DNA of 64,000 nucleotides from a virus: IMG/VR virus record IMGVR_UViG_3300037493_005727, positions 5,091 to 69,090 of that record; one strand, 5' to 3'. Shown piece by piece: positions 1 to 8,866 of this stretch (position 1 is its first letter; each line of letters starts with the position of its first letter). The notes under the pieces were generated by a model. It saw only the letters and a program-made list of their open reading frames with translations, ran no database searches and was not told where the DNA came from. The position numbers and the translations under genes were made by a program.

Positions 1-1
1 T

Positions 2-241
2 GCGACGAGAACTCTGGCGGGCGTAACGCAGTTCTGGACCAATGGAGTCGCTGGATCAGCTGTTGCTGGGGCTGCTCCGTATTCAGTCCCAGCGGCAGAC
101 TTCCGCATCGGTCACCGGGAAGACAACTACGCGAGCTTCCCTGGGGACATTGACGATGTCGCGGTGTGGAATCGAGTTTTGACCTCCGGCGAGATCGCCG
201 AGCTTTACAACGCTGGCGCTGGATTCCAGCTTCCAATCTAG
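2..241 (+). CDS. 3' end of a concanavalin A-like lectin/LamG (Laminin_G_3) domain protein; 5' part lies outside the window
   Basis: Frame-2 translation ends ...FRIGHREDNYASFPGDIDDVAVWNRVLTSGEIAELYNAGAGFQLPI*. The IDDV-x-VWNR-x-LS-x-x-EI-x-x-LY block is the canonical terminal strand region of LamG/Laminin_G_3 domains. Stop TAG at 239-241. Confidence 0.6.
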   Translation, partial: ATRTLAGVTQFWTNGVAGSAVAGAAPYSVPAADFRIGHREDNYASFPGDIDDVAVWNRVLTSGEIAELYNAGAGFQLPI

Positions 242-250
242 GAGACGAAC

Positions 251-760
251 ATGCCCGCCACAGTCACCCTCAACGAACACAACAGTGCAACGCCGGATAC
301 ACGAACAGACAAGACCGCGGGCACTATCCGCTGCCGTTCGAACGACAGCGCCGTCGTGGACGCCAACAGCCCTCTCCAGAAGCCAGCCCCGGCTGCGTTC
401 ACCAGGAGCTTCGAGAAGTGGATTCAGCTTCGAATCGGCGCCACTGGCCCTGGCGGTGTCATCACCAACCTCCAGTTCTACACGACCGGCGGGCCAGGCG
501 GTGGCGCTGTGGTGTACGCCAGGACAACCAACCCCACGGTGTACGCGACCCCAGCCGTGCCAGCGAACGACGCTGCCGGGACGAACTCGACCACGTACAC
601 CACCGGGGCACGGAAGCCGATGGGTGCCGGGCCCTACAGCTCCATCAACACGAACATCGGGGACTTCGCCGTGCTCTGGATGACCCTCGATGATACGGTG
701 ACCGCGCCGCAAAGCCCCACCTCGAACCTCAACCTCTTCTTCAGCTACGACGAGACCTGA
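251..760 (+). CDS. hypothetical protein (Thr/Gly/Ala-rich; possibly virion-associated)
   Basis: 169-aa ORF with strong GC3 bias, co-oriented immediately after the LamG gene. Antisense ORF 83..712 judged spurious. Confidence 0.45.
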   Translation: MPATVTLNEHNSATPDTRTDKTAGTIRCRSNDSAVVDANSPLQKPAPAAFTRSFEKWIQLRIGATGPGGVITNLQFYTTGGPGGGAVVYARTTNPTVYATPAVPANDAAGTNSTTYTTGARKPMGAGPYSSINTNIGDFAVLWMTLDDTVTAPQSPTSNLNLFFSYDET

Positions 761-762
761 CC

Positions 763-1068
763 TTGAATTTCACGGCCCGATTGATCGACGGCAGAACCCT
801 GACGGAGGCCGACTTTGCGTCGGTCTCTCTGCTCCCGTTGGCCGACGTTGTCGAGCTCGAGGTCGAAGGGGTCACGCTCAAAGTCGACGTCGCGGCGGGG
901 GAACGGGTCAACTTCTTCACACGGCATACGGTTCCCGTGGGGAACGACGCTCTGACTCGTTTTTCAGTGCCCGTCTACGAGATCCGGAAGGACGACAAGA
1001 CTCTTTGTCGGCTGTACGCGCATCCCGAGAAGGGGCCGCTCCTGACTTCACAGGACCTATACTTCTAG
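763..1068 (+). CDS. hypothetical protein
   Basis: 101-aa ORF starting 3 nt after the previous stop; same strand block. Confidence 0.4.
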   Translation: MNFTARLIDGRTLTEADFASVSLLPLADVVELEVEGVTLKVDVAAGERVNFFTRHTVPVGNDALTRFSVPVYEIRKDDKTLCRLYAHPEKGPLLTSQDLYF

Positions 1069-1081
1069 TAGGAGCTCGAAC

Positions 1082-2305
1082 ATGGCCCGCTACTTTCTTC
1101 GCTTCCGACATTCAGACACGGGCCTGACCCCTGTGTTCACGGGGGGAACTTTCTTCAAGAAGGCGTCGGACCTGACCCTCGTGACGCCCCCCGCCATTGG
1201 CGAGGTCGGCAATGGCTCGTACTACTTCGACTACACGCCAACCTTCGACATTATCTTCGAGGTCGACGGCGGAGCCAGCATCCCCACTGAGGAAGTCCGC
1301 TACATCTCAGACACGATCAGCCCCAAGGACATCTATATCGACGAACCCACGTCCCAGGTGAAGGACGACGTGTGGAACGATGTCGTGGATCGAGCTGGCG
1401 GAACGAAGGGCGACTACGTAGAGAAGCTCCCGGGAATCGAAACCGCGGTTGGGCAGATCAACACCGAGACGGACCCAACAAACATCGCCAACGCGGTCTG
1501 GGACGCCGCGACCGCGGGTAACATCGGCGTGGGCTCGATGGGCGAACTGCTCAACAACGCTGCTTCCGGGTCTGCGCCGTCAGCCGCTGTGGTAGCCGCT
1601 GCGGTCTGGGACAAGGCTCTCTCGAGCCACGTTCTCCCGGGTTCCTTTGGTCAGACCCTGCAGCTTCTCAACAACGACACGGCGGGGGCGGGAAGCTCGA
1701 CGACCATTACCCTCGGTGCCTCCGCGGTGGGCACGCTGGACTTCTACAAGAACGCACTTCTGGTCATCACCGGGGGAACTGGAGCAGGGCAGGCACGCGC
1801 CATCACGGCGTACACCGCGCTAAAGGTCGCGACGGTCGACCGTGCTTGGGGCGTCATTCCGAACAACACGTCGCAGTACATCGTGATCCCTTCGGCTAAC
1901 ACCCCCGTGGACAGCGCGGGCATCGCCGACGCTGTTTGGGATGAGGCGCTGGCGGGACACCTCATCGTCGGGTCAACTGGCGAGAAGCTGGACTCCGGCT
2001 CCGGTGGTGGCGGCGGGGTGTCGTTCCTTGCGAACGGAGACTCGGCCAACCCCTTCATCGTACAGGTGGCGTCTCCAAAGCACACGCAAGTGAAGATCAC
2101 ATTCTCCGAGCCGGTTGAGATGACGGTAGCGGCGAACGGCGCCCTGAACCTGGCTAACTACAGCATCCCAGGCCTCACACTGATCGCCGTATCCTCGCTG
2201 ACGGCGCAGCAGGTCCTGCTCACGACCAGCGCACAGACCCCGGACTTCCTGTACAGCCTTTCCGTCATCAACGTTGAAGACCTGTCGGGGAATCCGATCC
2301 TCTGA
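1082..2305 (+). CDS. repeat-containing structural protein with C-terminal Ig-like (Big-type) domain; possible fibre/decoration protein
   Basis: 407 aa. Three internal repeats (A(N/D)AVWDAATAGNIGVGSMGELL / AVWDKALSSHVLPGSFGQTLQLL / AVWDEALAGHLIVGSTGEKL). C-terminal ~80 aa (VKITFSEPV...ANYSIPGL...) resembles bacterial Ig-like domains. Confidence 0.5.
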   Translation: MARYFLRFRHSDTGLTPVFTGGTFFKKASDLTLVTPPAIGEVGNGSYYFDYTPTFDIIFEVDGGASIPTEEVRYISDTISPKDIYIDEPTSQVKDDVWNDVVDRAGGTKGDYVEKLPGIETAVGQINTETDPTNIANAVWDAATAGNIGVGSMGELLNNAASGSAPSAAVVAAAVWDKALSSHVLPGSFGQTLQLLNNDTAGAGSSTTITLGASAVGTLDFYKNALLVITGGTGAGQARAITAYTALKVATVDRAWGVIPNNTSQYIVIPSANTPVDSAGIADAVWDEALAGHLIVGSTGEKLDSGSGGGGGVSFLANGDSANPFIVQVASPKHTQVKITFSEPVEMTVAANGALNLANYSIPGLTLIAVSSLTAQQVLLTTSAQTPDFLYSLSVINVEDLSGNPIL

Positions 2306-2309
2306 AGCT

Positions 2310-2346
2310 AAAAAACGGCGACGCCCCTGTGAAGGAGCGCCGCCGG
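2310..2346 (-). terminator. rho-independent terminator for minus-strand rIIB-like gene (convergent junction)
   Basis: GC-rich imperfect hairpin cggcgacgcccc...ggagcgccgccg preceded on the plus strand by AAAAAA (so followed by UUUUUU on the minus-strand transcript). Confidence 0.5.
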
Positions 2347-2350
2347 TACA

Positions 2351-3529
2351 TCAGCCCCTCGTCTTGAGGATGAGGGAGACCAGCGCCGTCTTCCCGCCGG
2401 GGACCTTCGACGCCCCGACGATCTTCAGGCCCTTGCCTGCGTAGTCGCGCAGGGTGTCGAGCGACTCGTTCATCAAGTCGGCCATCGTCATCTTCTTCAG
2501 GCGGTCGAAGCTCACGGCGAGCTTCTTCCCCGCCTTCTTGAGCTCCTTGTGGGCCTTCTTCTTGTCCTTCCCCTTCACCTTCTTCGGAGGCGCCTTCTTC
2601 TCAGGCTCCTCCTCAGGAGTGAACTCGTCGTACCTTGAGCACTCGATCAGGTGGTACGAGCATTCCTGGTGGCAGTACTCCGCGGGCATCTTCGCTCCGC
2701 ACTCCTCACACGGCTCGGCCAGGAAGTCCTTCTCCGGATCATAGTCTGCGTCGGTTTCGTCGTTGGGGTCGAGCTCCACCGCGCCCTTCAACGCGACGTA
2801 GTCATCGCTGAACGTCGTCGAGGGCAGGAGCTCCCCGTTGTGGTTGCCGCGGACCTTGTACTTGCAGACCCGCATCTTCTCGGCGCTCGAGTCGTACGGA
2901 ACGCAGACCACGTGCTCAGGGTCGACTTCGCAGACCACCACGCGCTGGGAGAAACTCTGTGCGTAGCGGAGAGCCCCAACGTGGAACCCTTCGTGGCAGG
3001 CCTCGTTGGGGTCGTCGGAGATCTTGTTCCTGGGCATCTCGTTCACAGCGCCGGGGCTGTTGTCGATGGTCCCGGTATGGGCGTCCTTGAAGTTCTGCTT
3101 GACGCCTTTGTACGCCAAGAAGGTTCCGTCCTTGGTGAGCGGAATCCCCTTGTGCTCGAGGAACGTCCAGAGCTGAGAGACAGAACGCATGCTGGGGTTC
3201 TTCTGCAGCCGCTCCCAGAACTTGAACAGCGGCGTCGGATCCTCGCCCTTCGTCGCCATCTGGATGATGCGGCTGTTGATGTTGTTGGGGATCTCCTGTC
3301 CCTCAAAGCAGAAGTTGTCTCCCTTCAGCGTGAACTTCCCCTTCGCCCAGTCCTTGATGCTCTTGGCGACGGTGAGGTTCTTGGGGACGGACTTCCAGTC
3401 CTCTGCGATGATGGCTTTACGCAGTGCATTGAACTGCGGCGAGCCCTTCTGAACGACGTGAGGCTTCCCCTCGAAGACGACGGTGATCGATTCGTTCGTC
3501 AGAGTAAACGGAAGTGCGGCGGTAGCCAT
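2351..3529 (-). CDS. rIIB: rIIB-like protein (by synteny with rIIA) with C-terminal Rho_N/SAP-like helix-extended-helix motif
   Basis: Immediately downstream of the rIIA-like gene on the same strand (2-nt gap; AAAGGA RBS 6 nt before ATG at 3527-3529). C-terminus LKKMTMADLMNESLDTLRDYAGKGLKIVGASKVPGGKTALVSLILK resembles the Rho termination factor N-terminal (Rho_N) fold. Lys-rich linker. Confidence 0.45.
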   Translation of the reverse strand: MATAALPFTLTNESITVVFEGKPHVVQKGSPQFNALRKAIIAEDWKSVPKNLTVAKSIKDWAKGKFTLKGDNFCFEGQEIPNNINSRIIQMATKGEDPTPLFKFWERLQKNPSMRSVSQLWTFLEHKGIPLTKDGTFLAYKGVKQNFKDAHTGTIDNSPGAVNEMPRNKISDDPNEACHEGFHVGALRYAQSFSQRVVVCEVDPEHVVCVPYDSSAEKMRVCKYKVRGNHNGELLPSTTFSDDYVALKGAVELDPNDETDADYDPEKDFLAEPCEECGAKMPAEYCHQECSYHLIECSRYDEFTPEEEPEKKAPPKKVKGKDKKKAHKELKKAGKKLAVSFDRLKKMTMADLMNESLDTLRDYAGKGLKIVGASKVPGGKTALVSLILKTRG

Positions 3530-3531
3530 GA

Positions 3532-5625
3532 CTATCCTTTGTCGATGAGTTTGATGTACTGCAGCCAATCAGCGGACCGCTCTCCCCACGCCTCTGCGAC
3601 GCAGATGCTGTCGAGGGTGAACAGCGGGTACTTCTTGTTGAGCGCTTCCAGGGTTTTATGCGCCGGGCTGTCGTCAACCTTCAGCTCAGGAAGACGATTC
3701 TCAAGGCTTGCCAGAGCGGGCTGTAGCTTCGGGTGCTGCTTGAAGTACAGCTGCCCCTCGTAGATGTTCTTCACCATCAGCGTGATGGTGTGCGTGTCCC
3801 CGAGCTCCTTCACCATCTTGTCGTAGATGCGCTTGTCCACCGTCCGGGAGCGCCAGTAGTTTCGAACGTTCTGGATGGACTGCACCCACTGCAGAAGTGC
3901 GAACTGATCCTTCACTTGCTGCGTGAGCAGCGTGGTGACCCACTTCTTACGCCAGTCGGGGTAGTGCGTCCCGAGGCAGTCTTTGACGTCAACGGGTTTT
4001 TTCTCCGTTGCTTTGTAAGCGTAGATCGTTGGGAGCGCTACCCCAGCGAGCTCCGCTAACAAGGTATCCGCTCGGTAGTACTCCCCGATGTTGAACCCCT
4101 GGGTCTGGAACCACTGGATGACGACGAACACGTCATCCTGCGAGGGGACAAGGTCAACAGCTTCCCAGCAGTCAGACCACGGCTTGCTGTAGCCCTCCTC
4201 CGGAAGGTACTTGAAAACCTTCATCCGGTGCTTCGGATTGATCTTCCTTCCAGTGGCGTTCCGTGACGGAGTAACCCAAGGGAGCGACGACAGCTTGATG
4301 ACCGGAATTCCTTCGACATCCGCGGCCTTGCTCATCTCACGTACTTTGAGCTCAACGGCGTCCCACTGGATGTGGGCGGTACGGAAATGACCTGCCTTGT
4401 CGACGGCGCGAACGAAATAGTCCTTGTACGACAGCTCCCCGGCGAACCCCTGGATAGACCTGGGGTCGTCGTGAAGGATGAACCGCGTCTCCTCGTGCAC
4501 AGCGATGCTGGTGATGTGTGTTCGGTTCTGCGTGATGACGAGCCCCTTCGGGAGGTGGTCCTTGAGAGCGACGTTCGCCGAGAGGAGGTCCTTCGTGTCT
4601 GCGGGGACAGGGAGGTGCAACTTCGCCAGCACTTGCGCCTTGACTCGGCGTTCCCAGGGCGTGTTCGTCTTCAGCATGATCTCGTCAAGGGCTTTCTTGA
4701 CGTACTCTTCGACGAGCTCACTGAACTTCTTGACCAAGGCCAGCTTGGTCTCCGAGCTGTACTTCAATTCTTCTCGAGACGCGCTAACCTGCACCTCACC
4801 GATGTTGAAGTAGAGAGCGCCCGAGATTCCGCTCAGGAACGAGGCGACTCCTCCTTCAGGCGTAGCGTCGATACCTCGAAGCTGGTCGAGGTTGATGTTG
4901 TACGAGACGCACCCCATGACCGCGACCCACTTGTTGTCGCTGTAGTACCCCTCTTCCTTCTCGTAGATGACTCCGTGCTTCAGAGTCGACTGCGCCGGGG
5001 GAAGCTTGGGGAGCTCAGTGTTGATGTCTGGCCGCGGGATGAAGTACTTGAAGAGGCCTTTCGCTGTATGCTCGAAACCTCTCAAATCCTCCGGGCGAAC
5101 GGCGATGGAGATCTCCACCCCCGTCTCTTCTCCGCAGGGCTCCTCGTGCAAGAGGTTGATGAGCCCCTTCTCTGAAGGGTCCAGGACTGCGACGTAGGTC
5201 CGCTTCGAACCTCCGTAGAAGGACACGACCGTGAAGCTGTCGGAGTAGGCGAACCCGCTCTTCGAGCCAATGCCGAGCATGCCCACGGAGTTGTCGCTGT
5301 TCCGTTTCGTGCTGGCGCCGTACTGCGTGAAGATGCGGAACACCGCGTCAGGCGAAAGGCCCAACCCGAAGTCCCGGATAGACAGCGTCGGCGACATCGC
5401 CGTGGGAAGCGTCACCTTGATAGGAAGCTCTGCCTTCCCTGCGTCACGGTGGGCGTCCCAGGCGTTCGAACCGTACTCGCGGAGAACCGCGAGGATCTTG
5501 TCCGAGTACAACTGGTCTCGGAGAATCGACATGATGTGCGCCGTGTCGTTGACCGAAATGCCGAACTCGGCGCTCTCGGCGATGGGACTCGACGACACCA
5601 GCCGGATGGCGGTGTTGGGGATCAT
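3532..5625 (-). CDS. rIIA: rIIA-like protein (N-terminal GHKL/HATPase_c-like ATPase fold)
   Basis: 697 aa (T4 rIIA is about 725 aa). N-terminus has GHKL N-box and G1/G2 boxes (EYGSNAWDAHRDAG ... IRDFGLGLS ... GMLGIGSKSGFAYSDSF). GAGGA RBS 5 nt upstream of ATG. Confidence 0.7.
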   Translation of the reverse strand: MIPNTAIRLVSSSPIAESAEFGISVNDTAHIMSILRDQLYSDKILAVLREYGSNAWDAHRDAGKAELPIKVTLPTAMSPTLSIRDFGLGLSPDAVFRIFTQYGASTKRNSDNSVGMLGIGSKSGFAYSDSFTVVSFYGGSKRTYVAVLDPSEKGLINLLHEEPCGEETGVEISIAVRPEDLRGFEHTAKGLFKYFIPRPDINTELPKLPPAQSTLKHGVIYEKEEGYYSDNKWVAVMGCVSYNINLDQLRGIDATPEGGVASFLSGISGALYFNIGEVQVSASREELKYSSETKLALVKKFSELVEEYVKKALDEIMLKTNTPWERRVKAQVLAKLHLPVPADTKDLLSANVALKDHLPKGLVITQNRTHITSIAVHEETRFILHDDPRSIQGFAGELSYKDYFVRAVDKAGHFRTAHIQWDAVELKVREMSKAADVEGIPVIKLSSLPWVTPSRNATGRKINPKHRMKVFKYLPEEGYSKPWSDCWEAVDLVPSQDDVFVVIQWFQTQGFNIGEYYRADTLLAELAGVALPTIYAYKATEKKPVDVKDCLGTHYPDWRKKWVTTLLTQQVKDQFALLQWVQSIQNVRNYWRSRTVDKRIYDKMVKELGDTHTITLMVKNIYEGQLYFKQHPKLQPALASLENRLPELKVDDSPAHKTLEALNKKYPLFTLDSICVAEAWGERSADWLQYIKLIDKG

Positions 5626-5633
5626 TTTTCCTC

Positions 5634-5855
5634 TTACAAAGGGGTGGTCAGAAACTTCCAGACAGCTTCCCAGCGGTCCTGCTTCTTCTTCGGGGGTGTC
5701 GCGATGTTGGGCTCGCTGCTGCTGAGGCGCCCTGTCGTAACGTACACTGGAGGGTACGGCTTGAACTGCGTCGGCTCGAAGAGACAGGAGCCGTCAGGTA
5801 GGTGCGTAGACTTGTCGTGATGACAGTTTTGACAACCGTCGATCATGATGCTCAA
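5634..5855 (-). CDS. small zinc-binding protein carrying the CxNC-H-C-FE-T-FK motif (paralog family member 1)
   Basis: 73 aa. Track start is TTG; first ATG is at 5844-5846. Motif CQNCHHDKSTHLPDGSCLFEPTQFK. Confidence 0.4.
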   Translation of the reverse strand: MSIMIDGCQNCHHDKSTHLPDGSCLFEPTQFKPYPPVYVTTGRLSSSEPNIATPPKKKQDRWEAVWKFLTTPL

Positions 5856-6106
5856 CGTGCCTTCCTCAACTTCAACTTCTTGTGGTGGAACATCTTGGGG
5901 AGGTACTCCCCGTGCTCAGAGACGTCGTCCCAGTCCAAGGCGAAGATGTCCCCGCACCAGCAGCACACAGAGCCTGGGAAGTGCTTGTCCGTTGCAGGAA
6001 GATCGTGGAAGCAGTGACCTTCACGAACACCTTCCTCCTCCTCAGAGCAGTCCGTATCCGTTCCAATCATGCGGCCCGTCATCTCGGCCTCGTTCCTCGG
6101 TAGCAC
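5852..6106 (-). CDS. hypothetical Cys-rich acidic protein
   Basis: 84-aa ORF. Probable ATG at 6080-6082 overlapping the upstream stop. Confidence 0.4.
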   Translation of the reverse strand: MLPRNEAEMTGRMIGTDTDCSEEEEGVREGHCFHDLPATDKHFPGSVCCWCGDIFALDWDDVSEHGEYLPKMFHHKKLKLRKAR

Positions 6107-6453
6107 GGTAGGCGTGCCATCCCTTGGTAGCTCGAGCGGAGCACCAGCGCTTTCTTGGGAATCCGTCGGTGCTTCTCTTCTTGTGCTACTGCGCCGCGAC
6201 GAGCCGCTTGATCGTTGAGTTCCCGGCGCGTAGGAAAGAACGCGCTGTAGTCGACGGGGGCGTACGGAGTGACGACGATGGATTGGTAGGTCTTCTGCTT
6301 TACTTGGTAAAGAACCTCGGTGGTTCCTCCCGTCGTACCCATGGTGGTGTCCCGAAGGGTGATCCGAATGATGTCATTCTCGAACACACTCCAGGCTTCA
6401 CCCGTCGTCATCGTTGTCGTTACTTCGTTGTCGAAGAAGCTAGCGCGGTACAT
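6079..6453 (-). CDS. hypothetical protein
   Basis: 124-aa ORF in a co-oriented, tightly packed gene train. Confidence 0.4.
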   Translation of the reverse strand: MYRASFFDNEVTTTMTTGEAWSVFENDIIRITLRDTTMGTTGGTTEVLYQVKQKTYQSIVVTPYAPVDYSAFFPTRRELNDQAARRGAVAQEEKHRRIPKKALVLRSSYQGMARLPCYRGTRPR

Positions 6454-6694
6454 CGGCGTTTCTCCGCATCGCTTCTTTCATCTGGCGGAAAGCCCAAGTG
6501 ATGACTTTCTCACTGTCGTTCGTGATCAACGACTCAGTCGTTGTCGCGCCGTCGAGGATGACGAGTACGCAGAACTGACCGTCTGCCTGCTCGGTGATTT
6601 CGATGGCCCAACGTCCGTCGGGTGTCACAAGGCGAAAGGGCATTTCGACGTCGCTCATCGATCCCCCCGCGTGAGCTCGTACACGATGTTGCAC
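6440..6694 (-). CDS. hypothetical protein
   Basis: 84-aa ORF; true start probably the internal MSDVEMPF. Confidence 0.35.
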   Translation of the reverse strand: MQHRVRAHAGGSMSDVEMPFRLVTPDGRWAIEITEQADGQFCVLVILDGATTTESLITNDSEKVITWAFRQMKEAMRRNADVPR

Positions 6695-6972
6695 AAAGCG
6701 TCCTCAATCTTTTGACCGTGTGCCCAGGACATAAACTGGGATCGGAACGACTCGTAAGATTCGTCTCGAGCCTTGAACATCGTTGCTTCGAACAAGCACT
6801 TGTTGTCCGTGTGCCCCGCACGGACCTTTCCACAGTTGTGGCAGGTATCCATCCGGGGCATAGGAATAGTCTTCTCCCCGTTGTTGGTGTACGGGTTCGT
6901 CAACTCGATCTCTGTGCGCGTATTCTTGAGCTCAGCCATCTTCAGGCACCAGGTCTTTCGAGAGGAGCTCAC
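6655..6972 (-). CDS. small zinc-binding protein with CxNCG-H-C-FEAT-FK motif (paralog family member 2)
   Basis: 105 aa. Motif CHNCGKVRAGHTDNKCLFEATMFK. Confidence 0.45.
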   Translation of the reverse strand: MSSSRKTWCLKMAELKNTRTEIELTNPYTNNGEKTIPMPRMDTCHNCGKVRAGHTDNKCLFEATMFKARDESYESFRSQFMSWAHGQKIEDALCNIVYELTRGDR

Positions 6973-7489
6973 ATCGTTTCTGGATGATGCAGAACTCCGA
7001 GTGGAACGCCTTGGCTGCCTCGGGGTCGAACGGTTGATCCGAAGAGTAGCTGGCGCAGAGCAGCGAGTCTGCGTGCTGAGCGAGGAAGCGCATGAGCTTC
7101 TGGACGTAGGGGCTCTTCTTCACCGCCGCCGCCATGGCGCTGTTGTTGTTCTCGTCCATCTTCTCGAGGTGACGCATCATGGCGTCCTGGCCGTCCATCT
7201 CTCCCCGCTCGTAGTCGGGGCGGGTGTCACGTTCCATGAGCGCCAGGTTCAGCTTCTCGACTTCAGCCTCGAGCCGCTTGATGTCCTGCACCGCGGAGGA
7301 GATACCCTGCTGCGCCAGGGCGAGCTCCTTTTTCGTCCGCTCGTGTTCTCCGACCTGCGTCTCGAGACGGCGATGCAGGAAGTCGATGTTCGCCTCATGC
7401 TGAGCGACTGTGGCGACGTTCTTCACTCCGCAGTCGTGCTCGGACGTCCGGAAGATCCCTTCACAGCGGTCGCACAGAACGCCGCTCAC
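6932..7489 (-). CDS. hypothetical coiled-coil protein
   Basis: 185 aa. N-terminal CxxC...H..C cluster followed by heptad-rich region. Confidence 0.45.
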   Translation of the reverse strand: MSGVLCDRCEGIFRTSEHDCGVKNVATVAQHEANIDFLHRRLETQVGEHERTKKELALAQQGISSAVQDIKRLEAEVEKLNLALMERDTRPDYERGEMDGQDAMMRHLEKMDENNNSAMAAAVKKSPYVQKLMRFLAQHADSLLCASYSSDQPFDPEAAKAFHSEFCIIQKRCELLSKDLVPEDG

Positions 7490-7884
7490 TTGAGGTCCTC
7501 CGCTGTGAGGTCGTACGTTGGGTAGGTCGAAGCCACCGAGTCACAGAGAGCGACGAGGCGGTGAAGACCTTTGGGGAAGCCGTCCCTGCCCTCCCAGCCG
7601 TCTATCAGAGCCCGCTTCTCGTCCCAGACAACGCAGCAGGTACCGTTGCCGAAGATGACCTTCTCCACCTTGTAGCGCTTCGCCACACGACGGAACTCCT
7701 TGACGAGGATGGGGCGGATCTGCGCCTCGATGCGCTCAGCGCAGGCCTGCTCCTCTTTCTCGATGATGGCTTCGAGGTCCGGTACTTCGGCTCGGGCCTC
7801 GTGTGTTACGCGCTCCAGGATCTTCCGCATGGGGCTCTCCGGGAACTTGAACGAGTAGACGGCTATCGATGTGTTGTCGCTCAT
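7486..7884 (-). CDS. hypothetical protein
   Basis: 132-aa ORF; 4-nt overlap with downstream gene (coupled). Confidence 0.45.
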   Translation of the reverse strand: MSDNTSIAVYSFKFPESPMRKILERVTHEARAEVPDLEAIIEKEEQACAERIEAQIRPILVKEFRRVAKRYKVEKVIFGNGTCCVVWDEKRALIDGWEGRDGFPKGLHRLVALCDSVASTYPTYDLTAEDLK

Positions 7885-8180
7885 TCGTCTTCTCCTTTCC
7901 AGGCCAGGGGTGGAACATCCATCTCGGCGAGTTGGTGTGCAAGGTACTCGACGGACAGTCGAGCGGACTTCAACGCTGTTCGGTAACCGCGGTTGAATTC
8001 GCGTTGGCGTGGCGTCGGCTGCGTCGGCTCTGTCGCGCCGCCCTTGATGAGCTGCTTCAAGAGCTTGAACACTTCATCACGCTTGTTGTTGTCACTGCCG
8101 TAGTAGTGCATCTGGTAGTGACTCAGGTTCTTCTGGTTCTTCTGGATCTTCTTGAGGATCTTCAGCTCATCCGCGGTCAT
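7881..8180 (-). CDS. hypothetical protein
   Basis: 99-aa ORF; ATG at 8178-8180. Confidence 0.45.
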   Translation of the reverse strand: MTADELKILKKIQKNQKNLSHYQMHYYGSDNNKRDEVFKLLKQLIKGGATEPTQPTPRQREFNRGYRTALKSARLSVEYLAHQLAEMDVPPLAWKGEDE

Positions 8181-8325
8181 GCTGCTCCTTGCACACCGGG
8201 AAACAAACCGGAACGGTGATGATGGGCTTACGGGGAGGCTTGTAGGGCATCAACGCCCAGTTCCACGGTTCCACCTCGCAGTGGCACTTGAAACAGACGG
8301 GCGGCTTCTCTTCTGTCTCGGTCAT
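8167..8325 (-). CDS. small Cys-rich protein (52 aa), not in the ORF track
   Basis: ATGACCGAGACA... encodes MTETEEKPPVCFKCHCEVEPWNWALMPYKPPRKPIITVPVCFPVCKEQHDRG*. ATG overlaps the upstream stop (ATGA). Its own stop overlaps the next gene start by 14 nt. Confidence 0.35.
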   Translation of the reverse strand: MTETEEKPPVCFKCHCEVEPWNWALMPYKPPRKPIITVPVCFPVCKEQHDRG

Positions 8326-8606
8326 TTGATCCTCTCAATCGCCGCCGCGTCGGCCAGCAGTTCGTCGTCGCTTCCTTCCTCCTTCACGACGATGATGGTC
8401 TTGTCTTTCCGCTCGAAGTGAATGTCGAGCAGGTACATCAGGTGCTCTCCGTTGTCGCCGTCTCCACCGGACTTGAAGCAGAAGTGGTCCCCGCCCTCTT
8501 TGAAGTCGATGTCGGCGATGCTCTTGTAGAGAGCGATGGAGCGGGGATCATGCGCCTTCCCCTGCTCCCAGCGTTCCGTGAGGGTCAGCTCCTTTTTCTT
8601 GCTCAT
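8322..8606 (-). CDS. hypothetical acidic protein
   Basis: Probable start MSKKKELT at 8604-8606 (ATGA overlap with upstream stop). Confidence 0.4.
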   Translation of the reverse strand: MSKKKELTLTERWEQGKAHDPRSIALYKSIADIDFKEGGDHFCFKSGGDGDNGEHLMYLLDIHFERKDKTIIVVKEEGSDDELLADAAAIERIK

Positions 8607-8821
8607 CGCGTCAGACTCACAGTGACGCGCCAGCGGCAGCTCGTACAAAAGCAGCCCCAGGAGATCTGGGCGTAGCTCGGATTCTGGAGCGTCAGCGTCA
8701 AAGACTTCCCGCAGACGCAGGTCGCGGGCATCTCCGTGAAGTTCATCGGCTTGTGTACTCCCCAGTTGAGCGGGATTTCCAAGAGCTCTTCCTTTAGGAT
8801 CGGCTTACTTTTTTTCACCAT
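8603..8821 (-). CDS. hypothetical Cys-containing protein
   Basis: 72-aa ORF. Confidence 0.4.
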   Translation of the reverse strand: MVKKSKPILKEELLEIPLNWGVHKPMNFTEMPATCVCGKSLTLTLQNPSYAQISWGCFCTSCRWRVTVSLTR

Positions 8822-8866
8822 AGAGTCGCATCTCCTGTTCGTGTAGAGGTTTTTGGAAGGGAAAGC

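Noticed and set aside
83-712. 209-aa minus-strand ORF at the window start
   Set aside because: Antisense to the LamG C-terminus and the 251..760 gene. Arg/Gly/Pro-rich translation typical of GC-rich non-coding frames.
2651-3763. 370-aa plus-strand ORF
   Set aside because: Antisense to the rIIB-like and rIIA-like genes. Composition is R/L/V-rich without motifs.
4372-5175. 267-aa plus-strand ORF
   Set aside because: Antisense of rIIA-like gene.
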